This document shows, in pieces, positions 44,715 to 54,835 of a stretch of DNA of 64,000 bases. The position numbers and the translations under genes are program-made. Source of the stretch: a virus (lineage: Duplodnaviria > Caudoviricetes); the IMG/VR virus record IMGVR_UViG_3300021412_000003, positions 4,929 through 68,928 of that record. One strand, given 5' to 3'. The notes under the pieces are model-generated. The model was not told where the DNA came from and did no database searches. It was given only the letters and a program-made list of their open reading frames with translations. The stretch's first letter is position 1. Every line of letters begins with the position of its first letter.

Positions 44715-45568
44715 GAACAGCCATTCTGGGATGTGGTCCGACTGGCTTGTTGGCAGCGCACGCCTGCGCGATGAATGGGGTGGATTTCACAATCTTGTCT
44801 AAACGTCGGAAGTCCTTCTTGTTTGGTAGCCAATATCTGCACGAGCCGATCCCGGGGATCAGTGTCTTCGACGAGAAGGTGGAGATCACCTACCGAACGG
44901 ATGGCTCACCAGCAGAGTACCGGCGCAAGGTGCACGGTCCGGCCTGGGACGGAGTGATTCTCCCGGAGGATTTCGAACAGCACGACCAGGCATGGAACAT
45001 TCGTCAGGCATACGATCGGCTCTGGGGAGCGTACGGCCGTATGGTCGTGGATTTTGAGATCCCAGTGAAGCCCGAGGGCAACAACAATCCCGGACACTGG
45101 AATATCCCGGCAGCTATTGATCGGGGCAAGCTGCACGAATACGATCTGGTCATCTCCACGGTACCGCGTACCTACTGGAAGATGCCGGGGGACCAGTTCA
45201 TCTCGTCCAATGGATGGGTTTTGGGAGATGCGCCCGAGCATGGGCAGTTCTGCCCGTTCACTACTCCCGAAGACAACATGATCATCTGCAACGGCGAGGA
45301 GGAGCCGAGCTGGACTCGCCTTAGCCGGGTGTTCGACTACACGACAATTGAGTGGCCTGGCGGAAAGAAGCCGCCGATCCCTGGTGTGTCGGAGATCATC
45401 AAGCCGTTGCGATTTGAGGCGGGACCTATCCCGGCTCCCCCGAATTGGCTGTTCGTGGGCCGCTACGGAAAGTTCCACAAGGGCGTTCTCGTTACGGACG
45501 CCTTCAACGAAGTATTGGAAGCCACCGGCAGCAAGCCCGAGTGGATTTACAAGAAAGAGGCACAGTGA
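44711..45568 (+). CDS. FAD/NAD(P)-dependent oxidoreductase
   Basis: ILGCGPTGLLAA Rossmann motif; FVGRYGKF C-terminal motif as in UDP-galactopyranose-mutase-like flavoproteins. Confidence 0.75.
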   Translation: MRTAILGCGPTGLLAAHACAMNGVDFTILSKRRKSFLFGSQYLHEPIPGISVFDEKVEITYRTDGSPAEYRRKVHGPAWDGVILPEDFEQHDQAWNIRQAYDRLWGAYGRMVVDFEIPVKPEGNNNPGHWNIPAAIDRGKLHEYDLVISTVPRTYWKMPGDQFISSNGWVLGDAPEHGQFCPFTTPEDNMIICNGEEEPSWTRLSRVFDYTTIEWPGGKKPPIPGVSEIIKPLRFEAGPIPAPPNWLFVGRYGKFHKGVLVTDAFNEVLEATGSKPEWIYKKEAQ

Positions 45569-46152
45569 CCGCATTTGACCTCCGGTTTCATCCGAAGACG
45601 AAACAGGCCGAAAGGATCGTAGGAGAGATTCTTCCGGGAGTTATGGAGCTCTTCATCGATAAGAATGCCGACTACGATATCGAGGGCATTGATATCGCGG
45701 CAACCCTCGGTGTCCGTGGACAGTGGGCGGACATGTTCCGAAAGATCGCCAAGCTCAAGCAGGAGATGTGGGACCAGGACGGCTCGGGCCTGGCTTTCGA
45801 ACTTGCCGAGGAAGTGATAAAGGATCTTATCGGGCACTGCCTGCTGTCGCTGCTGTTCTTGGAAGATGAGGCCGAGAAGAAACACCAAGCCAAGCTGGCG
45901 GCCGAGAAGAAAGAATATTCTCGTACGGATGGCTTCGTTCCAATCGGCAGGGTGCTAGAAGGAATTCAGACCGTTGCCTCTCAAGAACACGCGAAGGTGT
46001 GGGGCCAACCCGAAGGAGCCCAACAGGTTGTTCCCCAAGAATGCCCCATCTGCTCGAAGGAGAAGGGCCAGCTCCAAGAAGAAGTGCCTCGATGCTCGCG
46101 CTGCGGTGCTTCCGCAGTCTTCCATGATTGCTCGGGGGAGACATGCCTGTGA
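45565..46152 (+). CDS. DUF1599 / nucleotide-modification-associated domain protein with C-terminal Cys motifs
   Basis: KNADY...G.W..M..K...LK...E.I.DLIGH; GTG 45565. Confidence 0.65.
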   Translation: MTAFDLRFHPKTKQAERIVGEILPGVMELFIDKNADYDIEGIDIAATLGVRGQWADMFRKIAKLKQEMWDQDGSGLAFELAEEVIKDLIGHCLLSLLFLEDEAEKKHQAKLAAEKKEYSRTDGFVPIGRVLEGIQTVASQEHAKVWGQPEGAQQVVPQECPICSKEKGQLQEEVPRCSRCGASAVFHDCSGETCL

Positions 46153-46316
46153 CATTCTGGGATGTGGTCTGGCTGACCCTGTTCTACTGGTTTCTTGGGT
46201 CGATGTGGATCGCGATGTACTTCGGGCACAAGATTAAGATGGCTGAGTTCGAGCAGAAGGCCATTGACAAGGAGTACGAGATCGAGAATCTCAAGAGCGA
46301 CTTCAGGAAGTCGTAA
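46143..46316 (+). CDS. Single-TM protein
   Basis: Trp/Phe-rich N-terminal TM. Confidence 0.55.
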   Translation: MPVTFWDVVWLTLFYWFLGSMWIAMYFGHKIKMAEFEQKAIDKEYEIENLKSDFRKS

Positions 46317-46693
46317 TGGCTAGGCCACGAGAAGATATATTTCAAAGGCTGTTCGATCGCTTAGAGACAGACGGTCCACTGCCAGAAATAGATCCTTCTC
46401 TTGGTCCTTGCTGGATGTGGACTGGACCGACAAATGAACATGGATATCCTTTTATCTGGTATAACAAGGAATATCATAAGATTCATCGGTTCATATTTTG
46501 GCTATTGGTAGGAAATCTAATTGAAGGGATGCAAATAGATCATCGTTGCAATGTGAAGCTATGTGCAAATCCAGACCATCTAGAGCAAGTTACCCCAAAA
46601 GTAAATACGAATCGGGCAATTGAAGACGGTTTGCGTAGAGCTGGAAATCCGTATTCAGACTTCAAAATAGTCCCCCGAGAGGAGAGGAGGTGA
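46316..46693 (+). CDS. Free-standing HNH endonuclease
   Basis: CWMWTG...GY...HR...IDHRCNVKLCANPDHLEQVTPKVN; AT-richer than neighbours. Confidence 0.9.
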   Translation: MARPREDIFQRLFDRLETDGPLPEIDPSLGPCWMWTGPTNEHGYPFIWYNKEYHKIHRFIFWLLVGNLIEGMQIDHRCNVKLCANPDHLEQVTPKVNTNRAIEDGLRRAGNPYSDFKIVPREERR

Positions 46694-49600
46694 TGCCAAT
46701 GCGTTATGTAAGTTTGCATACTCATTCTACTTTTAGTTATGGCGATGGATTCGGGCCTGTAAAGGCCCATGTTGCCAGGGTTGCGCAGCTCGGGATGTCC
46801 GCAGTTGCTCTTACAGAACACGGTTGAGAGCAACACCAGTTCTCATGTTCAGCTCGAGAAAGCATGTAAAGAATATGGAGTCAAACCCCTTTTCGGCTGC
46901 GAACTCTATACGGCACCGACTGATTTCGAAGCCGGTGATGATCGCCCAATCAAAACTCGTAAGAAGTTCCATCAAACAGTTATCGCTAGAAACGAAGAAG
47001 GCTATCGCAACCTCAATCGGATGGTCTCCGCCAGTTGGCGAGACCACTTCTTCCAGTGGCCGACAACTACTGCTGGACTTCTCGAGCAGTTCAGTGATGG
47101 CCTCGTGGTACTCAGCGGATGCGCTGACTCACTGCTATCTTGTACCTTACTCGGTGGAAAGGAACTTGGCCCTAAACGATTGGAGTACAGCAGAAAAGAT
47201 TTTGCCCGAGCTCGTGAGGTCGTTGAACGATATCAAGAAATATTTGGGGAATGGTACTTTCTGGAAGTACAACGCTTTCCGGGCTTGGAGCGAACTTGCG
47301 TTCTTAATCCTGCTTTTGCAGAGCTTTCACGAATTACTGGAGCTCGACTCGCCGCAAGTTCTGATGTCCACTACCCATTCCCAAACGACAATGAAATGCA
47401 GCGAGTCCTACACGCCGCCCATCGAGGAGGTACGGTAGAACAGGTAGACGCGAGCTGGGAATACGATATCCTGCTCACCTACCCGACTTCGGACAAGGAA
47501 ATCATCAATGACCTGGTGGGGACGGGGCTCTCTAAGATCGAGGCTAAACGGGCAGTCTTCAATACCGCCCTCATCGCAGATGCCTGCACTGTCGTCCTTC
47601 CTCGAAACGAACCCATCAAGTTCCCTTATCCCGGCTCGGACATGGAAGGAATGGAAAAGACATGGGCCTGGGAACGAGAGCCTGAGGACGAGGACGGATT
47701 CGTTCGGGAATACTCTTCTATTGAGGAATATATCTGGCAGAAGCTTCGGGACGGCTGGCGTTTCCGAGCCGAGAGCAATCCTGAGATGGTCCGCTCTGCC
47801 AAGCGCACGGCAAAGTACGTGGCGCAGCTTCAATACGAGATGGAGCAGGTTTCTGACAAAGGATTCCTGCATTATTTCGCCATGTTGTCAGATGCCGTGT
47901 CCTGGGCTAAGGATCACAAGATCCCTGTGGGACCCGCTCGCGGGTCTGCCGCCGCAAGTCTCGTCTGCTATCTGCTACGGATCACAGAAGTGGATCCAAT
48001 GCAGTTCCCCAACATGCTCTTCGCGAGATTTATTGATCCGAACAGACTGGACCTTCCTGACGTTGACCTCGACTTCGCCGATGATCGTCGAGATGAAGTT
48101 CGAAAATACCTTGTTTCGGTTTACGGGGCCGATCGCGTGGGGAATATTGGAAATTTCACCAGGTATAAAGGCAAGAACTCAATTGACGATATCGCACGAG
48201 TCTACCGGATACCTGGCTACGAGGCTGAAATTATCAAAGGGCTCATCGTTGAGCGCTCCGGAGGTGATGCGCGTCAGTCAGAGTCTCTTGCAGATACGTT
48301 TGCCATGTTCCCTAAAGCCAGGGAAGTTCTGGATCGGCATCCGGAGTTCGCCCTCGCAGAGCGGCTGGAGGGAAATTACCGTGGGCTCGGGGTACATGCC
48401 GCCGGTATTGTGATCTCCAATGCGCCCATCACAGATACCTGCGCGGTGTATACGCGACCGAAGGCGAATTCGGACCAGAACGTAACCGTGGTGGCGTACG
48501 ACAAAAAGGACACTGAGTATCTGGGCATGCTCAAAGCGGACTTCCTGGGACTTTCCACGATGGGCATGATCGGTATCGCTCTGGACATCATCGGAATGGA
48601 TCTAGAGGACCTGTATCGTGTTCCAATCACTGAAGAGCGAACCCTACGTGCATTTAAGGATAACGACCTCACGGGCATATTCCAATTTGAAGGCCGGGCC
48701 ACGGCAATCGTCAACGCTGATGTTGTCCCGGACAATTTCGGCCACCTGGCGGATATCAATGCTCTCTCCCGGCCTGGACCACTCTTCTCTGGAATGACCG
48801 CTGAGTACTGCCATGTCAAGCACGGACGAAAGGAGGCTGAGAAGCTTCATCCCGTCGTTGACCGTTTGACCGGGTGGACGTATGGTCAAATTGTTTATCA
48901 AGAACAGGTTCTCAGCATTGTTAAGGATCTTGCTGGATTCCCAATGGCGCGAGTCGGCGATATCCGTCGTATCATTAGCCAGAAACTCGGCCAGATGGCC
49001 ATGGCTAATGCATACCAGGAATTCGAGGAAGGATGTGCCAAGACCCATGGTATCAAGGCGGACCTAGCCCGTCGGATCTGGAATTTTATCGCTACGAGCT
49101 CTACCTACAGTTTCAACCAGAGTCACTCGGTGAGCTATTCGCTGCTTGCCTTTTGGTGCATGTACCTGAAGTTGTACCATCCGACTGCTTTCTACGCCGC
49201 GCAACTCACAAAGGTAGGAGACGGCAAAGACGATCTCTATGATCGTGGAAAGCTCATGCAAGATGCTATCCGCCACGGCATTACTATCGCACCGCCAGAC
49301 ATCTATCTGTCTGGGCCAAACTGGACGGCCGATACAGACTCCAAGCGAGTTCTCGCTGGGTTCATGCAGGTATCCGGGATTGGTCCGGCGACCACGAAGA
49401 ACATCCTCCAGTGGCGGAAAAAGGAGATAGAATATCGAGAAGGTTTCGTAGAGCAGACGGGAGAGTCTTGGAATCTCAAGTGGGAAGATCTCATTGACGT
49501 TAGAGGCATCGGTCCCAAGACTATCGTTCATGCCATCAACCTCGCAGAGTCTGACGATCCTTTCGGTATTCACGCGGTAGAGCGTAAGATCGGTCCGGTG

Positions 49601-50149
49601 CGCGCGGCCATCCAGAATGGAGAGGATGGAATGGAGATGCTACCGGCTCCAACTCATCGTTCTGATGAGATGCCGCGCGATGGCGTACACAATGTCGTAT
49701 GGTTGGGTGTCGCACGAAGCCTGAACTACAAGGACTACTTGGAGTCTACCCGCACTCGTACCGGCCGAGACTCAGAAGAGATCTTGGCCGACATGAGAGA
49801 CCCGCACTTGCTGAAGTCTTGCGTGGTGCGCGCTTATGACGAAGGCGACGAAGATGTCTACCTGAGATTCAACAGGTGGCAATTCCCGAAGTTCGAGGAG
49901 GCTCTGGAAGGGCTGAATCCCGAAGAGGATTTGGTGCTGGTCCGAGGCATCAAGCGAGAGGACTTCGGTATCTCAATTCATGTGAAAGACATGTGGATTA
50001 TCTCTTCCGATGAAGAAGAGGAGGTTCCAGAAGAGATCGTCGTGGAGCACATTGAAGCGGACATTCAGGAGGAGAAAGAAGATGTCCTAGAAGAGCTGGA
50101 GTCAAGAGTCAGAGATCTAGAGAAAATGGCATATGGCACAGAGTACTGA
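46693..50149 (+). CDS. dnaE: DNA polymerase III alpha (DnaE), interrupted by a 7-nt insert at 46825-46831
   Basis: Frame A 46693-46824 gives SLHTHSTFSYGDG...ALTEHG then TGA; +1 frame from 46832 gives NTSSHV..., with PDVDLDF, GVHAAG, RPGPL, YSFNQSH. Confidence 0.92.
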
Positions 50150-50315
50150 TAGCGGCTGGCCAGTCAGGAAAACAATGGATATATATGAAGTCACTGAATT
50201 GATCATTGAGAGCCTGAATGAGAGGAGGCTGTACGAGAAAGCTTGGGAGTGCATGAGCGATAAAGACCGAGAAGAAATCAGAGAAAAGATCGCCGACATA
50301 ATTGAGGAGTACTGA
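50133..50315 (+). CDS. Hypothetical protein
   Basis: ORF track; coupled to next gene. Confidence 0.55.
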   Translation: MAQSTDSGWPVRKTMDIYEVTELIIESLNERRLYEKAWECMSDKDREEIREKIADIIEEY

Positions 50316-50770
50316 TGACAACAATCCAGCGCCCGACCACAATTGAAGAGCAGGTTTTGTCCTTCATGAAGCAGGCCGGTCAGCTCACCGAGATCGGCTT
50401 TCCGCACTTTTACGCGGATTTCCGCCAGAACCGCTGGCACATGCTCATGGGTCCGGACGGAGAGGCCACCGAATACATGGTGGCGGAAGCCCGAGACGAT
50501 CTTCCCGAGGTGGTCGATGGCCTGATCGACATGATGTGGGTGATCATGGGCACGTTGCTGACCTACGTCGGTCCTGACTGCGCCCGTGATCTGATGAACG
50601 AGGTAGCCCGCGCCAATCTGTCCAAGGTGGATGGGACCATCGGAGATCTGGAAGTCAACGACAACGGTAAAGTCCTGAAACCAGCGGGTTGGGTCGGCCC
50701 GGATATCCGGGGTGTGCTCGAGAACCATGGCTGGAAGCTGAACGAAAATGGGAGGCCGGTTCGTGACTAA
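50315..50770 (+). CDS. MazG-like / HisE-type nucleotide pyrophosphohydrolase
   Basis: EVVDGLIDMMWV...EVARANLSKV...GKVLKPAGW. Confidence 0.8.
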   Translation: MTTIQRPTTIEEQVLSFMKQAGQLTEIGFPHFYADFRQNRWHMLMGPDGEATEYMVAEARDDLPEVVDGLIDMMWVIMGTLLTYVGPDCARDLMNEVARANLSKVDGTIGDLEVNDNGKVLKPAGWVGPDIRGVLENHGWKLNENGRPVRD

Positions 50771-50847
50771 AATGTGCCCTGTTTGTGGTGCCGATATGAC
50801 CTGGGATACGGACAAGAAGGCATGGAAATGCCCCTACAGTCGGAAGT

Positions 50848-51366
50848 GTGATGACGGATAAAGGATTTGAGGGTCCAGATCGAGACCTCAAGGCTTGCGG
50901 CTGCGACGAGGATGCCGAGCATTTCCCTTTGTGCCCAGAATATCCCGGAGAGGCGTTCTACGCCGAGCAGCGAGCTCGCGTGGAATCCGCAGTGAAGGGT
51001 CAGGAGTCAATGCAGCAGACCAAGAGAGAAGATCTACTGGAAGTTAGTTCGGAGGGATCTAAGGCTGCTAAAGAGCTGTCCGAGTGGACCTACAAGGGTA
51101 CTCCAGATGAACTGGATTCTCGGCTTCTTATAGATCGAGCCGAGCTTCTGACAGCCTCAGCCTCTCCCGAAAGGCAACGGCTTGCGGCTTCTCGAATGGC
51201 TGCGCTGGCGGGTAAGCTGGCGGAAGATAGCGCGAGCTTCTTTGAGATGCTTCGTCGCCTACATATCCCCTATGCCGAGACGAGAATCGATACTAATGGC
51301 AAGAAAGCTATCGTCATCCTGCTGGAAGATATCGCAGAGAGCGATATGAGAAAGAACTTGAGGTGA
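50848..51366 (+). CDS. Hypothetical protein
   Basis: ORF track. Confidence 0.55.
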   Translation: MMTDKGFEGPDRDLKACGCDEDAEHFPLCPEYPGEAFYAEQRARVESAVKGQESMQQTKREDLLEVSSEGSKAAKELSEWTYKGTPDELDSRLLIDRAELLTASASPERQRLAASRMAALAGKLAEDSASFFEMLRRLHIPYAETRIDTNGKKAIVILLEDIAESDMRKNLR

Positions 51367-51394
51367 CCGAACAAGAAGATAGGGGTTTGAGCAA

Positions 51395-51991
51395 ATGAAT
51401 TGGCCAATCTATGATTTTGAAAGGAACGCAATGGGCGTAGGAGCTAACGCTTTTCGCACCGACCGGAAGATCGTTACCATCTGCGGCAGTATGCGGTTCG
51501 CCGAGCACATGAGGATGGCTGCGGTGGATTACAGCCTTCAGGGCTACGTCGTGCTGATGCCGTTCGTGGACGTGAATGAGCAGACGGTTGATCCATTCGA
51601 CCAAGAGGCGGTTGATGAACGTTTTGAGGCGAAGACCGCTCTGGATCGGCTGCATCTGGACAAGATCAGCATGTCTAGTCTCGTGGCCGTGGTGACGGTG
51701 GACGGCTACATCGGGGAATCCACTCAGAACGAGATCTCGTACGCGGCTTCCGAGGGTAAAAAGATCGATTTCATCCGGGTGGATGCGACGAAGCTGCCCG
51801 CAGCGAAGAAACCCAAGTTGGCTCCCGAACCCGAGCATCTCAAGGGCCAGGACCAGTTCGAGCATCGTATGGTGTCGGATGGAAAGGTCTTTCATCAAGG
51901 ATACGAGGTAGATCCGGCCACCTTGCAACGGATCGGCAAAGAGAAGCAGGTGGCCGATCAGATCGAGATGCAGAGAAATCAAAGGCCATAG
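51395..51991 (+). CDS. Nucleoside 2-deoxyribosyltransferase-like fold protein
   Basis: TICGSMRF...H.DKI..S..V...GYIGEST..EI.YA...GK. Confidence 0.65.
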   Translation: MNWPIYDFERNAMGVGANAFRTDRKIVTICGSMRFAEHMRMAAVDYSLQGYVVLMPFVDVNEQTVDPFDQEAVDERFEAKTALDRLHLDKISMSSLVAVVTVDGYIGESTQNEISYAASEGKKIDFIRVDATKLPAAKKPKLAPEPEHLKGQDQFEHRMVSDGKVFHQGYEVDPATLQRIGKEKQVADQIEMQRNQRP

Positions 51992-52089
51992 GAGAACAAT
52001 GGGAACACTAATCATAGCCGTTTTGTGCATTGTCGTAGGATTCATTCTCGGGGTGGTCATGAGCTCCCTGGGCAACCCGTAGGAGAATA

Positions 52090-52314
52090 ATGGAAAACAA
52101 GGTAATCAGTCAAAAGTCCGAGTTTCAGGCCGAGATCAAGATAACCCGAGAAATTCGGGCCGTGGTTAATCCCAACGGCCGGGGCTACGATGCGGACAAC
52201 GTTGTTCGTTATCTCAACGATAATGTTCTGGAGGTAACTCTCAAAGCTGGTACTCCAGTCAAACTGGCCGAGAAGATTCAGGCTGTGATGGCCACTATCG
52301 AGGAGGACGCATGA
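52090..52314 (+). CDS. Hypothetical protein
   Basis: AGGAG RBS. Confidence 0.6.
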   Translation: MENKVISQKSEFQAEIKITREIRAVVNPNGRGYDADNVVRYLNDNVLEVTLKAGTPVKLAEKIQAVMATIEEDA

Positions 52315-52566
52315 TCTTTGTACTGGGGCTCGTGGTCGGTTTCTCAATTGGCGGTTTCCTAGGATTCATCGCCGGAATGTACGTTGGAAGAAAAAACCTC
52401 TAGGAGGATTGATGGTCTGTATTTGCCCAGATCTATACTGCCTCGAGCATGCTCGTTGTCGATGCGGCAGTGAGTTGATTATCCTTGACGACGATCCGGC
52501 ATTCTGTCCCGATTGTGGACACGATGTGATGCCCGTGAACGCTTGCGCCATTGAAAAGGAGAGCAC

Positions 52567-53724
52567 ATGACCGATTCAGATAAGCAAATCCTTAAATATG
52601 CTGACGAATCCATGTTTCGGGCTCAGAGGACGGAAGCCCTTACACCCAAGGTCACACTGATTCACGCGAACAACGACCCGCTCGGGCAGATGGCTCAGCT
52701 CGCGATGATGTATCAGGGTAAGAGCGTTCGCTCCTTGGCGGAGATTGCGGATGCGGATCGAAAGTATTACTTCAATGATCTGCGGAAAAACATTCTCGGG
52801 ATGCCCTCCGAGGCTATCGTGTTTCACTTCCTCATCGAGAACGTGACTCGGTCATATACACACCAGCTAGTTCGCACGCGGCACGCGGCCTACGCTCAGG
52901 AGTCACTTCGATTCGCGGTCAAGGAAGACTTCCCGGTGGCTCTTCCGCCACACTTGCAGGGAACCAAGAACGTAGACGAAAGGGCGTTGGACTTCTGCAA
53001 GCAAATGGGCTGGGAACCCAAGGACGGATTCGTCAACAGCAACATGGATCGGGCTCGGGCACAAGCTCGATCCAGCGCCAACGAAAAAGAGATCCTCCGG
53101 GACATGTGGGATGCTGCGGAGGAGGATCTGTACCGGAAGTACGTGATGATGATTCATCGCGGTATGCCTGCGGAGGATGCTCGTGGGCTGCTCCCGCACA
53201 ACATTCTCACCAAGGTTAATATGGTGATCTCGTTGAGGTCTCTGATGACCATGGCGGGGCAACGGCTTTGTACTCAAGCCCAGTTCGAGCACCGTATGGT
53301 GTGGAATGAGCTGCTGCGGTCCATTCGGGAGTACGGTGGAACTGTTGAATACGCTGATCTGTGGAATAAGAAGTCCTCGGGGTGGCAGTTCGAGGTCATC
53401 GCGGACAAGTTCCTTCCGGTGTGCTATCAGACGGGTAAGTGTGCGTTTGAGAGCGACTTCGATCGGTACTGCAATATCCGAGATCGGGTCCAGGCCAACG
53501 CCAAGATCGGACGCCCCAGCGAAGAATGGAATAGGTCGTGGGCGTCAAAAGACGACGACCAACCTACGGAGATTGGAAACGGAGTTGGCTCTCTGGCCGG
53601 TCGGCCGCTGAAGATCAACGCCATTCATCCTCAGGAATGGTTGCATCCCAACGCGGCCATCCACCCCGACGGCTCGTGGCGGAATAAGGAAGCCCAGGAG
53701 AATATCAAGGAAAGGCGATTGTGA
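52567..53724 (+). CDS. thyX: Flavin-dependent thymidylate synthase
   Basis: THQLVRTRHAAYAQESLRF, EDARGLLP. Confidence 0.9.
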   Translation: MTDSDKQILKYADESMFRAQRTEALTPKVTLIHANNDPLGQMAQLAMMYQGKSVRSLAEIADADRKYYFNDLRKNILGMPSEAIVFHFLIENVTRSYTHQLVRTRHAAYAQESLRFAVKEDFPVALPPHLQGTKNVDERALDFCKQMGWEPKDGFVNSNMDRARAQARSSANEKEILRDMWDAAEEDLYRKYVMMIHRGMPAEDARGLLPHNILTKVNMVISLRSLMTMAGQRLCTQAQFEHRMVWNELLRSIREYGGTVEYADLWNKKSSGWQFEVIADKFLPVCYQTGKCAFESDFDRYCNIRDRVQANAKIGRPSEEWNRSWASKDDDQPTEIGNGVGSLAGRPLKINAIHPQEWLHPNAAIHPDGSWRNKEAQENIKERRL

Positions 53725-53995
53725 TAGAACAACTGATCGCCTTCGGAGTTGCGTTGGGAATGCTGATCTTCATGATTCTGATGACATACGGAGTTGTTAG
53801 ATTCATTGAATATATGGACGAGAGGCGATGAGATGATAGTGGACGTCATTCAGAGCTCTGTGCTTGGCGGAATGATAGCTTATCTATGGATCAAGAGTGT
53901 CCAGGAGCGACGGCCGTGATCAGCGTATTGGTCGGTATTCTTATTGGAATCGTTACGATTATTATCACATGGAAGATCTCCGAAAGAATGGATCA

Positions 53996-54163
53996 ATGAG
54001 AGACGATATCGAGGGCGGGTACGACAACGAGCCCCTGGAAAGCCAGATTGGTCGGCTGGCAAGGTTCATCATGGCAGAGTTTCCCGGAGAACCTTCTCGG
54101 CCAGAGGGTGCTGTAGATACTGCTATTCGACTTTTGAGGAAGTGCAATGAGAGTCATTCATAA
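53996..54163 (+). CDS. Hypothetical protein
   Basis: Likely start ATG 53996 overlapping an upstream small TM gene. Confidence 0.45.
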   Translation: MRDDIEGGYDNEPLESQIGRLARFIMAEFPGEPSRPEGAVDTAIRLLRKCNESHS

Positions 54164-54425
54164 GCAATCTCTAATGATTGCTCCGGATCAGATGCTGTAT
54201 GTTCCGGGAACTGTAGATCGGGTCCTGTGCGTACAGGTTCAGCATCAGTCTCCCATGATTTGGTACACGGTAGAACCCGCGTACGGCGAAAGTCAGATCA
54301 ACATCCGGATGGCTGGAACCGGATTTGATGATCCGGGTCGGGAGTATTTGGGAACTACTCAGATGGATGATGGAGATCATTCTTTGGTTTGGCATTGGTT
54401 CTATGAGATCGTCGTGGTGAGATGA
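54147..54425 (+). CDS. Hypothetical beta-rich phage protein
   Basis: VQVQ...W..V.P...GTG...YLGT.Q pattern. Confidence 0.6.
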   Translation: MRVIHKQSLMIAPDQMLYVPGTVDRVLCVQVQHQSPMIWYTVEPAYGESQINIRMAGTGFDDPGREYLGTTQMDDGDHSLVWHWFYEIVVVR

Positions 54426-54523
54426 GCGCTATGGATTGGATCTTCATGGTTGTTGGGATCATCGGGATTGTCCTATCGATTCTGATCATCTCGTTTTTCT
54501 TTTACGATGTATGGAAGGGCTGA
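54422..54523 (+). CDS. 33-aa single-TM protein
   Basis: Hand translation; ends ...WKG*. Confidence 0.5.
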   Translation: MSAMDWIFMVVGIIGIVLSILIISFFFYDVWKG

Positions 54524-54524
54524 G

Positions 54525-54617
54525 ATGGGCGTCATGGAAGGGATCGTCATCATCGTCGGAATGATCCTCTTTTCGGCTGTAATCGGGGGCTATCTCTACT
54601 TGGTTCTGAAGGGCTGA
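54525..54617 (+). CDS. 30-aa single-TM protein
   Basis: Hand translation; ends ...LKG*. Confidence 0.5.
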   Translation: MGVMEGIVIIVGMILFSAVIGGYLYLVLKG

Positions 54618-54835
54618 GATGACATACAGAGAGAAATTCGTCGCTGCTTGGCATTGGTTGATTTTCAGGCATCGTCAAGAGTTTGATCGTCGCGTAGGCA
54701 CCGTGATGTGCTCATGCGGGCAGGAATGGGAGCAGTGAAGAACTGGCTGGAGCAATTCTGGCATCAATACGTCAAGGGACATGTCTTAATTCGATATCAT
54801 GCGTGGACCGCAGATAAGTACAAGGCAAACAAGGT

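Noticed and set aside
46769-46831. ORF-track start for DnaE (MLPGLRSSGC...)
   Set aside because: No RBS; the residues before NTSSH are not polymerase-like, and the true PHP motif is in another frame from 46693.
46825-46831. Group I/II intron or intein in dnaE
   Set aside because: Seven nucleotides cannot hold a ribozyme core, and no intein motifs were seen in DnaE.
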